The notes beneath the pieces are model-generated. The model had not been told where the DNA came from and made no database searches. It saw only the letters and a program-made list of their open reading frames with translations. DNA of 64,000 nt from Candidatus Ryanbacteria bacterium RIFCSPLOWO2_12_FULL_44_26 (GTDB taxonomy: Bacteria > Patescibacteriota > Minisyncoccia > Ryanbacterales > HO2-45-13), in the NCBI GenBank assembly GCA_001821765.1, contig MHOA01000002.1, forward strand, positions 3,141 to 67,140. The letters are read 5' to 3'. Below, piece after piece: positions 37,210 through 46,532 of this stretch. Each line of letters opens with the position of its first letter. The first letter of the stretch is position 1. The position numbers and the translations under genes were made by a program.

Positions 37210-37787
37210 ATCTTCACCACTTTTTCCTCCTTTACAAAATCGATCAGTTGATCCAACAGTTTTTTGGGATCACTTTCAAAAACCACCTTTGGATTATCCT
37301 TTTCACGGTGAGAAGCTTTCAGAATGTCTTTTATCATAGATGTCGTGCCCCCGGAATCCAGTAAAACCCCGATGGGCTTTCCGTTCTCAAATGCCACGGT
37401 AAATTCATTAAGGGTTCCTATGCGCCCGCACCCTATGATGACTGCGTCACTGGCCCGAGTTAACAGCATATTTCTTCCTGAATAACCGTACCCTGAGTAA
37501 ATAATTGCATCCAAGTAATCAATCGGGAGCTTATATTTCTCCACGTGTTCCTTTTCTGTTTCAGCAGGAGAAATGCCCACAGTAAAACCGCCGGCGTCTT
37601 TAGCGCCAATAGCGGCCCAATATGGGAATCCGGTAGTCGCTCCGTTGAGCAATATAGCGCCTCGTAAAGCGATTTCCCTGCCCACCCGCTTTGCCTGATC
37701 AAGCGCTTTTTTGTTGCAATGCCCTGTTTCGGCGGCGCCGGAAACACAAATTTGGTACTTTAAATGTTGATGCGGTGTTGATTTCAT
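37206..37787 (-). CDS. LOG-family/TIGR00725-like Rossmann-fold protein
   Basis: ICVSGAAETG…GAILLNGATTG…GISP…GCGRIGTLNEF resembles the LOG/SLOG PGGxGTxxE pattern; 193 aa. Confidence 0.6.
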   Translation of the reverse strand: MKSTPHQHLKYQICVSGAAETGHCNKKALDQAKRVGREIALRGAILLNGATTGFPYWAAIGAKDAGGFTVGISPAETEKEHVEKYKLPIDYLDAIIYSGYGYSGRNMLLTRASDAVIIGCGRIGTLNEFTVAFENGKPIGVLLDSGGTTSMIKDILKASHREKDNPKVVFESDPKKLLDQLIDFVKEEKVVKI

Positions 37788-37915
37788 GTGCTCAAGCGTA
37801 CTGAACGCAACGAAGATTAAACTTTATAAGAGATAAATTGCCGTTTGATCTGTCGCCGCGAGGCGATAACGACAACTGCTCAATATGACCCATGCTTTAA
37901 TTTATTTATAATATA

Positions 37916-39262
37916 TCATAACTCAAACCCATCTCCTATATTAGGAGCTCTGCTTTCAATTCCGAGGTAATCTTGAATACGCTGTGAAAGAAAAAGCGCC
38001 GCATGCGGCTCTCCCTGGACAACAAATACTGTCTGAAGCGAATCCCGTGTTGCGTTTGTAAACTCCATCAGAGCATCGTGGTCCGCATGCGCGGAATAGG
38101 CTCCTATCGCACGCACATCAAGCCGTACGGGAATACGTTCACCAAAAATCTCCACCTGTTTTGCGCCGTCAAAAATCCTTCTTCCGAGAGAATTGGCGGC
38201 AAGGTAACCGACAAAAAGAATGGTATTGTTGGGGTCGGGAAGATACCGCATAGCATGATGCACAATTCTCCCGCCCTGCATCATTCCGGCCCCCGCAATA
38301 ATAATTTTAGGGGGCGGCACGTTGTTGATTGCTTTTGACTCTTCCGTCTTCAGCGTGAAATGTAAATTCGGGAAGCGAAACAAATCATCTCCTTCTTTTA
38401 TTAACTTTTTAGCGTCGTTGTTGAAATAACCGGCATATTTCTTATAAATACTTGTCGCCTTGATGGCTAAGGGACTATCCATAAAAACCGGCATGGAAGG
38501 AACTCTTCCATGTTCAACCAATTCATTTAATTCAAACAGCAGTTCTTGCGTCCTTTCCAGCGCAAACGCCGGGATCATGATCGTACCCCCGCGGTGTACC
38601 GTATCTTCTATGGCGCGCTCAAGTTTCAGCTTCCTCTGTGTTGAGCTTTCATGTAAACGGTCTCCGTAAACGGACTCAATGACAAGGTGCGTCACGCCGC
38701 GCGGCATTGCATATGACCGAAGCAGCGGACTGGGTATATTTCCAAGATCTCCCGTAAAAAGCAATTTTTTATCTCCGTACGCTATCTCCACAAGAGCAGA
38801 ACCGAGTATGTGGCCCGCTTCAGTGAACATGACATTCAACTCGCCAACACTGAATTGTTTTCCATATTCAATAACCTCCCACCTTGATATGGCCTTTTTA
38901 ATTTCATCTTCGCTGTAAAACATCTCCACTCCATGCCTGTCTGCTTCCTTTTGGAGAAGTCCCAGACTGTCTTCCAGCATTAAGACAGAAAACTCTTTGG
39001 TCGGAGCCGTGGAATAGATTTTCCCACGAAAACCTTCACGCATGAGCTTTGGAATGCGGCCAATATGATCGACATGCGCGTGTGTAATAAAAAGCGCGTC
39101 AACAGACGCTACATCATACTGAAATGCATCATAATTTTGAAGCGAACAAAACTGGGGGCATTGAAAAAGGCCGCAATCAATAAGCACATTCGTTTTCGGC
39201 GTCTCAAGAAGATAATTTGCCCCTGTTACTTCTTGAGCGCCCCCATGGAAAGAAAGTTTCAT
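37916..39262 (-). CDS. Metallo-beta-lactamase / beta-CASP family ribonuclease (RNase J/CPSF-like)
   Basis: ITHAHVDHIG (HxHxDH), a downstream His/Asp beta-CASP pattern, and a C-terminal H…H; 448 aa. Confidence 0.75.
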   Translation of the reverse strand: MKLSFHGGAQEVTGANYLLETPKTNVLIDCGLFQCPQFCSLQNYDAFQYDVASVDALFITHAHVDHIGRIPKLMREGFRGKIYSTAPTKEFSVLMLEDSLGLLQKEADRHGVEMFYSEDEIKKAISRWEVIEYGKQFSVGELNVMFTEAGHILGSALVEIAYGDKKLLFTGDLGNIPSPLLRSYAMPRGVTHLVIESVYGDRLHESSTQRKLKLERAIEDTVHRGGTIMIPAFALERTQELLFELNELVEHGRVPSMPVFMDSPLAIKATSIYKKYAGYFNNDAKKLIKEGDDLFRFPNLHFTLKTEESKAINNVPPPKIIIAGAGMMQGGRIVHHAMRYLPDPNNTILFVGYLAANSLGRRIFDGAKQVEIFGERIPVRLDVRAIGAYSAHADHDALMEFTNATRDSLQTVFVVQGEPHAALFLSQRIQDYLGIESRAPNIGDGFEL

Positions 39263-39265
39263 ACG

Positions 39266-39748
39266 CTACGGGGATCGGTCTTCTTCACCATACACGTGTT
39301 CAAAATCAATTCTGATGTATTCAAACAGTTCTTCGGATTTAAAAAACCGCTTGATCTCCTCATCAGCTGTTTTTTTTGAGTCGGACGCATGTACCAGATT
39401 TGCTTGTATGCTCATTGAAAAATCTCCGCGAATACTTCCCGCGCCCGCTTCAACTCCATATGTCGGCCCCACAATGACACGGCAAGCTTGTACTGCATTA
39501 ATTCCGGACAGGACAGCGACAATCACGGGAGAGGATTTCATGGATTTTTTAAGTGATTCAAAAAAAGTCTTATCCTTATGATGGGCATAATGCTCATCAA
39601 GTATTTGATCATCCAAACGCGTCATCTTTAATCCTTCTATCTTAAGTCCTTTCCGTTCAAACCGGTGGACAATTTCTCCAAGCAAATTCCTCTGAACGGC
39701 ATCGGGCTTTATGATAATCAGCGTTCTTTCCATTTGTGGCCCGGTCAT
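39266..39748 (-). CDS. ndk: Nucleoside diphosphate kinase
   Basis: ERTLIIIKPDAVQRNLLGEIV…NLVHASDS is the NDK signature. Confidence 0.9.
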   Translation of the reverse strand: MTGPQMERTLIIIKPDAVQRNLLGEIVHRFERKGLKIEGLKMTRLDDQILDEHYAHHKDKTFFESLKKSMKSSPVIVAVLSGINAVQACRVIVGPTYGVEAGAGSIRGDFSMSIQANLVHASDSKKTADEEIKRFFKSEELFEYIRIDFEHVYGEEDRSP

Positions 39749-39771
39749 ATGAAAAAAGTATAAACATTTTT

Positions 39772-40620
39772 TTACTGCCTGACAACCAAAAACGCATTTC
39801 CATCGCTCACGAGGGTAATGGTTCCTTCTTGATCCGTACGCCGTACCTCCGCGCCTGCCGCTCTCAGCCGCTCTATCGCATCCGCGTGAGGATGGCCGTA
39901 ACGATTAACCCCAGATGAGATAATAGCAAGCTGGGGACTTACCCTTTCAAGAAAAAGCGCGGTTGAGGAGTTCTTCGATCCATGATGAGAAACTTTTAAC
40001 ACGTCGCTTTCGAGATCCGCATTGCTTGAAGCCAAATTAATCTCATCTATTTTTTCTGCGTCTCCCGTAAGTATAAGAGATGCATCGCGGAAATGGAGTT
40101 TTCCTATTAGCATAATTTCATTTAAGTTGTCGGATTCACGACCTTTCTCGTAGGGGGCGTAGATGTCCATATACACTTCGTCATCTAAATGGATACGCAT
40201 ACCGGCTGCTGCTTCAACGTTTTTCATGTCCAAACCGCCCATAACCCTCTCCAGCTCCCTATACGAAGCGGATGTTCCAACTGCTCCCGGATGAATAAAC
40301 ATCTCAACATCATACTTTTTCAAAACCGGGATGAGGCCGGTTAAATGGTCATCCTGTGGGTGCGTCAGCGCTACTATGTCAATGGATGTATCATAATATG
40401 GCATCACATCACCGAGGCGCGATAAAATCATATCAGTCGGCCCGCCGTCAATAAGCATCTGGTTTCCGGACGGAGTTTCAATAAAAATCGCATCCCCCTG
40501 TCCCACATCCAAAAAATACACCTTCAGCAAACCATCGCGTTGCCCCTCAAGCGCCACTGACCAGATAAAAACCGCAGCGGTGCCGAGGAGAACGAGCATA
40601 GCTTTTTTCCAAAAGGGCAT
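39772..40620 (-). CDS. ComEC/Rec2-related metallo-beta-lactamase domain protein (stand-alone, membrane-anchored)
   Basis: N-terminal TM, then YFLDVGQGDA, THPQDDH, and SHHGS motifs of the ComEC MBL domain. Confidence 0.7.
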   Translation of the reverse strand: MPFWKKAMLVLLGTAAVFIWSVALEGQRDGLLKVYFLDVGQGDAIFIETPSGNQMLIDGGPTDMILSRLGDVMPYYDTSIDIVALTHPQDDHLTGLIPVLKKYDVEMFIHPGAVGTSASYRELERVMGGLDMKNVEAAAGMRIHLDDEVYMDIYAPYEKGRESDNLNEIMLIGKLHFRDASLILTGDAEKIDEINLASSNADLESDVLKVSHHGSKNSSTALFLERVSPQLAIISSGVNRYGHPHADAIERLRAAGAEVRRTDQEGTITLVSDGNAFLVVRQ

Positions 40621-40703
40621 GATGTATTATGAGCGTATTTGTCGGGAAAATAAAGCCCGCCGCGCTGAAAGCATGACGGGCATTATTGACTGATGGATGG
40701 TTC

Positions 40704-41234
40704 TTAGTAAAACCGCGGTTCTGCATACTCGTTCGCTTGGCGATGGGCATCGCTAATGTGAAACAAATGCTGAAACATCGTAAGGTGCGTCGGGTCTCCC
40801 CGTTTCACGCGAGCCCATTTGATAAGTTTTTCGCCTCTTTTCCAGCATTTCCATATTGCAGACCAGTAAAGGGCTAAGATTGGATCGGGATCAAGGTATT
40901 CTTGCCACAGTAGATATCCAACGATGTCAAAGGCGACCAATGCTCTCGCACAAGCCTCCAAGTGCTGCTTCACTTTTTCATCTGGTAGGCCAGCAATATC
41001 CTCCGGCACCGTTTCGTAGAGATATCGCCGCGCAATTCGTACTTCCTCATTTTCCAATTCGTTGAATATGGCAAATGAGATTTGGACCGTTCTGCCCTCA
41101 GCCGCTTCCTTAACTTGTTTGCGAACGTAGAGAAGGGTAACAAAGATTAACAGCGTATAGATGGTTGTTATAATCGCAAGCACTGCTTCCCAATTAATGG
41201 GCAACCATTCCCAATTCATTTTTTCGCCATCCAT
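40704..41234 (-). CDS. Hypothetical membrane-anchored protein (176 aa)
   Basis: N-terminal TM (AVLAIITTIYTLLIFVTLLYV) plus a soluble domain; part of the uncharacterised cluster. Its start overlaps the stop of the upstream paralog. Confidence 0.5.
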   Translation of the reverse strand: MDGEKMNWEWLPINWEAVLAIITTIYTLLIFVTLLYVRKQVKEAAEGRTVQISFAIFNELENEEVRIARRYLYETVPEDIAGLPDEKVKQHLEACARALVAFDIVGYLLWQEYLDPDPILALYWSAIWKCWKRGEKLIKWARVKRGDPTHLTMFQHLFHISDAHRQANEYAEPRFY

Positions 41235-41479
41235 TTTTCAAAGAACAATGGATGGTCTCTATCGCCGTGGCGGGCTTCGTCTTCCAACTTTAGAGAAATG
41301 TAGAACGATACAAATCCGATTATTACGATGCCAGCGCCCGATACAACAAACGAGAGCTTCGACATCGAAAGTCCTATTGCAGTAACAGGAACGCCGGATG
41401 CAAAAAGCAGGATACACAACACCCAGAATATATTGGAGAACTTCATTCTCTCGTTGAAATTTAACCTTTCCTTCTTCAT
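41216..41479 (-). CDS. Small 2-TM protein, paralog A (87 aa) with C-terminal HGDRDHPLFFEKW motif
   Basis: AAGGAG SD 8 nt upstream of the ATG for MKKERL…. Aligns along its full length with paralog B; both are 87 aa. Confidence 0.55.
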   Translation of the reverse strand: MKKERLNFNERMKFSNIFWVLCILLFASGVPVTAIGLSMSKLSFVVSGAGIVIIGFVSFYISLKLEDEARHGDRDHPLFFEKWMAKK

Positions 41480-41493
41480 TTTATCATCTCCTT

Positions 41494-41757
41494 TCAGTTG
41501 TGTTTTTTCACCACCCACCTTTCAAAGAAAAGTGGGTGCCCACTGTCACCGTGCTTTACTTCATACCCCAACTGTAGCGAAATAGTGAGAGCAATAAAGG
41601 CAAGCGGCACACAGATAATGCCAAGAACCATAGAAGTAGTGTTCTGTGCTGCAAATCCTATCACCGCGAGTACTGCGCCAAGGAAAGGAAGGGCTACGCA
41701 AGCTACGAAGAATTTCATAGCAAGATCCGTTCTTTGACCAAACATCAGTCTTTTCAT
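41494..41757 (-). CDS. Small 2-TM protein, paralog B (87 aa) with C-terminal HGDSGHPLFFERW motif
   Basis: GGAG SD upstream; MKRLMFGQRTDLAMKFFVAC… ends …EVKHGDSGHPLFFERWVVKKHN. Confidence 0.55.
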   Translation of the reverse strand: MKRLMFGQRTDLAMKFFVACVALPFLGAVLAVIGFAAQNTTSMVLGIICVPLAFIALTISLQLGYEVKHGDSGHPLFFERWVVKKHN

Positions 41758-41862
41758 CTCTTTTCTCCTTTAAAAGAAAATCCATCTCAATAATGGCATA
41801 ACATAACACAGAAGTCAAGGTTTTCGTTAGTAGGTTCAATGCTTTTCCAGCATTACAAAAAC

Positions 41863-41891
41863 TTGACATTTTTTTATAACAGTGATATGAA
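41863..41891 (+). promoter_or_regulatory. Sigma70-like promoter for the + strand pair; a divergent minus-strand promoter shares the same intergenic region
   Basis: TTGACA (41863-41868), 17-nt spacer, TATGAA; AGAGGAG SD then GTG at 41951. On the minus strand, TTGACT–N17–CATTAT precedes paralog B. Confidence 0.35.
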
Positions 41892-41950
41892 AAAAGCAGA
41901 GCTGTAATGGTATAAGCTCTTTGATAACTCAAAAAAGAGGAGATACTCCA

Positions 41951-42148
41951 GTGGGACTTACCTACCTCTTGCTCCTGGACATCCTCGTTGGGGTGGTCTG
42001 CGGAGTAGTGGCGAAACGGAAAGGGATGAATCCTCTGTTCTGGTTCATCTCGGGACTGCTGTTTAACCTCTTCGTCCTTGCTTTTCTGGTTGCGATGGAC
42101 CATCCGCCAGTGAAAGTATGGGATGCGAAAGGAAAGGAACGAAAATGA
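41951..42148 (+). CDS. Small 2-TM membrane protein (~65 aa), GTG start
   Basis: SD AGAGGAG 8 nt upstream of the GTG; VGLTYLLLLDILVGVVCGVV…FISGLLFNLFVLAFLV. Its stop overlaps the next gene's start (ATGA). Confidence 0.5.
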   Translation: MGLTYLLLLDILVGVVCGVVAKRKGMNPLFWFISGLLFNLFVLAFLVAMDHPPVKVWDAKGKERK

Positions 42149-43665
42149 AGTGGTCAGACGTTGTTGTAAAGTTGCGTCGGTTGATAAAAAACTTCCTTAG
42201 ATTTTCCGTGGCATTTCTTCTTTTCGTTCTCGGTCTTGCATTTGTTGTTTTTTCCGTCAAACTGATCATCGGCTTTGTGCTTTTTGACTGGTACGTTGAA
42301 CGTCTGGTTTCAACGTTCGCGCTGGATACCACGCTTGCCAGATGGATTGCCGCCTATGCAACGCTTACAACAATACTATTTTCCCCCATGTTTCTTTGGT
42401 GGTGGCTTGCTCGTAAAAAGGCAGAGATATTCACTACAGCATCAGTTATCTTTCTGCTCGGCGGACTCTGGCTTGTATACGGATCTCGGACAATCGTATA
42501 TCGCAGTGATACTGGAGAGCCAATGAAGTGCTATCTAAAGACCCTTGACGGGTTTAAGCTGGCAAGCAGAACTGTTGATGGAACATGCCCGTATGATCAA
42601 GAAACCGGCGTCAGGTTTAAGGAATTTGAGGGAAATAAGTCAGCGGCAATAGAATACAAGCTTTGGAGAAAAACCAGAAAGCTTGGCATTCCTGATGTTG
42701 AGTGTAACAACTACTTCGACATGCTCACTGGGAAAGGAATTGTGTGGTATGGTTTCCGGGATCCGGGCACGATCGCACTATTTTCTCTCCCCGGCTTTGA
42801 TCCGAGCACTGGAAGTGTCCTAAAAACCATCACTCCTGAAATGCTGACGTCTCTTACGTCCGGCGAATATCTCGTTATAAACGGGATTTCCGGAAAAGCT
42901 GTTTGTCCAACTGAACAAAAAGTTGAACAGAAAGCACTCGAGGAGGATCTTGAAAAAGCAACACAGTCCGTCATCGCTTTGGAATCAGAACTGCAAGAGA
43001 CAAGAAACCAACTTCAAAAAGCCCGGTCGGAAATCACTCAATTGCGGAAAGAAACTGATCAAGCCAGAAGTCAGGCTGCGGAAGCTCAAAAACAAACAGG
43101 GAAGAAAATGGACGAAGCAATGCAAAAGGCGGCTCGTGCGGATAAAATCGTCCGCGAATCGGAAAATGAAAAAACGCTTGAGAGTGAACTGCGCAAAAAC
43201 TACCTTGTCAGCGGCAATAAGCTCACCGGTTCTAAAGGTGGCGGCGGAAGATACGCATCGTTAACAATGCGGGCGCATAAGGCATTCCTTGCGCCGCCTT
43301 ACCTTGTAGTGAGCGTACTGGTAAAGTCCAATAATGATGATCCAATTCGTTTTATGCCAAAATCAGCTGAGCTCTCTACCGGCGACGATTCGATCATGAC
43401 TACAGACCATCACTTTGTACTCACTGAACTTGAACAAGACTGGAGCAATCACTACACCATTTATAAGGATCAAACGCGCATCCTTTTCTTTGTGTTTGAT
43501 CATCCCTCGGTACAAATACCGGAAAATGGGAGCATAAAAGTGAGCTTTGACGCCGAAACCGAAGTCATGAAGTTTCATATTCCTCCATTTAAGGAACAGG
43601 TTGACGATTATTTCTCAAGCGAGAGCAAATTTGTCCTCGCAAGTTCTGGCAGTGAAAACCAATGA
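42145..43665 (+). CDS. Hypothetical membrane protein with central coiled-coil and C-terminal globular domain (~507 aa)
   Basis: N-terminal TM helices, a long Glu/Gln/Lys-rich coiled-coil (ALEEDLEKATQSVIALESELQETRNQLQKARSEITQLRKE…), and a C-terminal domain of unknown family. Terminator at 43805-43836. Confidence 0.55.
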   Translation: MKWSDVVVKLRRLIKNFLRFSVAFLLFVLGLAFVVFSVKLIIGFVLFDWYVERLVSTFALDTTLARWIAAYATLTTILFSPMFLWWWLARKKAEIFTTASVIFLLGGLWLVYGSRTIVYRSDTGEPMKCYLKTLDGFKLASRTVDGTCPYDQETGVRFKEFEGNKSAAIEYKLWRKTRKLGIPDVECNNYFDMLTGKGIVWYGFRDPGTIALFSLPGFDPSTGSVLKTITPEMLTSLTSGEYLVINGISGKAVCPTEQKVEQKALEEDLEKATQSVIALESELQETRNQLQKARSEITQLRKETDQARSQAAEAQKQTGKKMDEAMQKAARADKIVRESENEKTLESELRKNYLVSGNKLTGSKGGGGRYASLTMRAHKAFLAPPYLVVSVLVKSNNDDPIRFMPKSAELSTGDDSIMTTDHHFVLTELEQDWSNHYTIYKDQTRILFFVFDHPSVQIPENGSIKVSFDAETEVMKFHIPPFKEQVDDYFSSESKFVLASSGSENQ

Positions 43666-43804
43666 TGGGAAGAATGTCACATGTTCCTGTCAAAGTGAGT
43701 AACATCCTCTTTTTAGAAAAGTTTTTCTCCCGATGCCATACCGCAAATGTTGTGCTATTTCTAGCCAAATCATTGTGCGGCAAGGTTCATTGAGAGTTAG
43801 TCAC

Positions 43805-43836
43805 AGGTCCCCTCTGCAATGCATGGGACCTTTTAC
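43805..43836 (+). terminator. Rho-independent terminator
   Basis: aggtcccctctgcaatgcatgggacct then tttact. Confidence 0.45.
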
Positions 43837-43890
43837 TTAGAAATAAAACCCAATACGATCATACAAGACCTCACCTTGTACAAGTAATGA

Positions 43891-44304
43891 TCAAGCTTGC
43901 GTTACCTTTTTTCTCCCAAGTGTTGCTTTCCAATAAAGCACAGCGCCGGCTAGCCCCGCAATAATATCTCCAACAAGGTCACCAACCCAAAGATCAGGGC
44001 GGTTGTAGAAAAAATCTATAACTTCTCCATCAAATAAGAACTCCAGCACCTCAAAGAAAACAGCGAACACAAGCACTAAAAGAAGCGTTTGCAGCAATTG
44101 CAGGTTCCTTGAAAGTAAAAGAAAAACCCCCGCAAGAAACGCCCCTCCTATAACATGAAAGAATTTATCAAGCTGAAATGTGACGATAAGGTGCAGTATG
44201 GGAATAGAAGCAAAGAACTTTACAAAAACCTCCCAAGCCACAAGCATAACAAGCGCAACAACGACAAAGAGTTTTTCTTGATTCCGTTCCTTTATAAGAC
44301 TCAT
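43891..44304 (-). CDS. Small polytopic membrane protein (possibly VanZ-like)
   Basis: 137 aa with 4 TM helices and an acidic motif FDGEVIDFFYN. The family call is tentative. Confidence 0.4.
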   Translation of the reverse strand: MSLIKERNQEKLFVVVALVMLVAWEVFVKFFASIPILHLIVTFQLDKFFHVIGGAFLAGVFLLLSRNLQLLQTLLLVLVFAVFFEVLEFLFDGEVIDFFYNRPDLWVGDLVGDIIAGLAGAVLYWKATLGRKKVTQA

Positions 44305-44747
44305 AAAAGCGAGCGCTGTTTCTTTCCGTCAAGCGCCTCATTTAAAAGCCGATCGGCTTCTTTATTTTCAGAGCGCGGAACATGCATAAAAACCAGATTT
44401 TCAAAATCCATTCTTACGTTCCATATTTTAATAAACGGTTCGTGGAGATTTTTGTTTTCTACCTTGTACTTTCCTGAAAGCTGCGAGGCGACCAATTCGC
44501 TATCCATGCGCATTTCAACGCTCATCTGTCTGGTTTTCGTTTTACCAAAAAGATGTTTAAGCTTCTTAAGGGCAAAAAGGACAGCGGCGTATTCAGCCTC
44601 ATTGTTTGTTCCTTCCCCAATTACTTCAGCATACTTTTTCAGCGTTTCTCCTTTCTCATTTTGAATCACCACGCCAATGGCGCTTGGCCCGGGATTTCCC
44701 CGAGCGCCTCCGTCAGTATAAACAATGAGTTTTTCCATCTTTTTCAT
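44301..44747 (-). CDS. rnhA: Ribonuclease HI
   Basis: LIVYTDGGARGNPGPSAIGVV and AEYAAVLFAL are the RNase H catalytic-core motifs. Confidence 0.85.
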   Translation of the reverse strand: MKKMEKLIVYTDGGARGNPGPSAIGVVIQNEKGETLKKYAEVIGEGTNNEAEYAAVLFALKKLKHLFGKTKTRQMSVEMRMDSELVASQLSGKYKVENKNLHEPFIKIWNVRMDFENLVFMHVPRSENKEADRLLNEALDGKKQRSLL

Positions 44748-44804
44748 ATTTATTTAAAACCAAAAATCAAAAGCAAATGTTGAAATACTGTAAACCTTGC
44801 CTTT

Positions 44805-46532
44805 TCATTTTGCATTTTGATATCTGAAACTTGTATCTACAGCTATAGGCATTCTTTCATCAGACCATCTGACATCCTCAATGCGCAGCCGAAGCTCTCT
44901 TTTCCCGTTCCAATAATTCTCTCCAAATGATGCGGCGACATCCATCTTAACGCCCGGCTTTATTTTTTTAATCAAAATATCTCCAAGAGAAAAACCGACA
45001 GCCGTCACGGTTTTGCCGTTTTCTCCTTTAAACCGCAATTTCACGTGCCCATGACCGCTACTCCCAAGTTCCCAGACATCAAGCGGCTCTATCTGTTCAA
45101 AAAGAAAGACCGGTTTAGGATTCTCAACGCCAAAGGGTTCAAGCTGTGAAATGATGCTAAACGTTTGCTCTGTAACTTGGGAAACCGTCAGTTTCGCATC
45201 CAGTACCAGCGGCTCAAAAGATAACTGCGACGCTGTCTGTCTTAGAAATGATGCCAAGTTTTCCTTAAAACGAAAAAGATGTTCTGCTTTTAAAGTAAAT
45301 CCACCGGCAGAAACGTGCCCCCCAAAGTCAAGAAGAAACTCTTTACCCGCCTCTCTCATAAGATCCACAACATTAACGCCAAAAGGCGCTCTGCATGAAC
45401 CTTTATAATAATCTCCGCCACTACCCCAAACAAAGCAGGGTTTATGAAATTCTTCCATGAGCCTGTTTGCAACAATACCAAGCACTCCTGCGGGCCACGA
45501 TGCATCTCCTATGAAAATAAGTTCCGGCAATGCCGATCTGTCTGCTATCATACGCTGTGCTTCATTTAAAATGTCTCTGACTTTTTGCTTTCGTTCCAAA
45601 TTAATTTCCTCCAAGTGCGCCGCAAACCGCTCCGCTTGAGTTTGATCATCCGTTGTTAAAAGCTCATACGAAATAGTGGCGTGCGCCATTCTGCTTGCGG
45701 CATTAATTCGGGGAGCAATAAGATACCCTATGTCTTCTGCCGTTATACGCCTTGGATCTATTCCGGCTTTTTTGAAAAGCTCCAAAAGCCCCTTGCGGCG
45801 CGTTTTTCTTAGCACCGCCAAACCATACCTTAGTAGCACCCTGTTTTCACCGGTTAAAGGAACCATATCAGCAACCGTAGAAATGGCAACAACGTCCAAC
45901 AACCATTTCTGCCATCCTTCTACCACGTTCCATTTGTATTTTTTCATCATCGCATCGACCAACTTAAACGCCAAGGCAGTTCCGCAGATGTACTTATAAG
46001 GATATTGTTCGTCTTCTCTTTTGGGATTTAATACAGCATGCGCCGGTGGCCACGCGGGAGGAATAATATGATGATCAAGAATAATGACATCTACTCCATT
46101 TGCTTGGGCATACTCAATCTCTTTGAAGTTCGTTACACCGCAATCAATAGTAATAATTAACCCGGCTCCATCGGCTGTAAAATCCCTTACATGCTGCATT
46201 TTAAGCCCGTACCCTTCTTTATGGCGGTCTGGTATATACACCTCAAAATTCAAAAAACCAATCTGTCTTAAAAAATCCGAAAGAATAACTGCTCCGCCGG
46301 TTCCATCGGCGTCGTAGTCGCCGAATAGTATCACTCTTTCATTCCCATCAATCGCTTTTTTAAACCGTTCGGTTGCCTTTTCCATATCACGAAACAGAAA
46401 CGGATTATGGGTGTCCTGTTCATAATCAGGACGCAGGAAAGATTCCGATTCGCCCGCATTGATATTGCGTGCTTTCAGCAACAGCTCCAAAAGGCCATAT
46501 TCACTTTGCTCGCGTAAAACCCACTCTCTCAT
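44805..46532 (-). CDS. recJ: Single-stranded-DNA-specific exonuclease RecJ
   Basis: ILFGDYDADGTGGAVIL (DHH motif I), IITIDCG, DHH, plus the DHHA1 region; 575 aa. Confidence 0.85.
   Translation of the reverse strand: MREWVLREQSEYGLLELLLKARNINAGESESFLRPDYEQDTHNPFLFRDMEKATERFKKAIDGNERVILFGDYDADGTGGAVILSDFLRQIGFLNFEVYIPDRHKEGYGLKMQHVRDFTADGAGLIITIDCGVTNFKEIEYAQANGVDVIILDHHIIPPAWPPAHAVLNPKREDEQYPYKYICGTALAFKLVDAMMKKYKWNVVEGWQKWLLDVVAISTVADMVPLTGENRVLLRYGLAVLRKTRRKGLLELFKKAGIDPRRITAEDIGYLIAPRINAASRMAHATISYELLTTDDQTQAERFAAHLEEINLERKQKVRDILNEAQRMIADRSALPELIFIGDASWPAGVLGIVANRLMEEFHKPCFVWGSGGDYYKGSCRAPFGVNVVDLMREAGKEFLLDFGGHVSAGGFTLKAEHLFRFKENLASFLRQTASQLSFEPLVLDAKLTVSQVTEQTFSIISQLEPFGVENPKPVFLFEQIEPLDVWELGSSGHGHVKLRFKGENGKTVTAVGFSLGDILIKKIKPGVKMDVAASFGENYWNGKRELRLRIEDVRWSDERMPIAVDTSFRYQNAK

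Noticed and set aside
41561-42103. 180-aa minus-strand ORF (MVHRNQKSKDEEVKQQ…)
   Set aside because: It overlaps the divergent promoter region, the 3' part of paralog B and the + strand small membrane gene. It has a low-complexity, Cys/His/Tyr-rich composition and no SD. Judged spurious.
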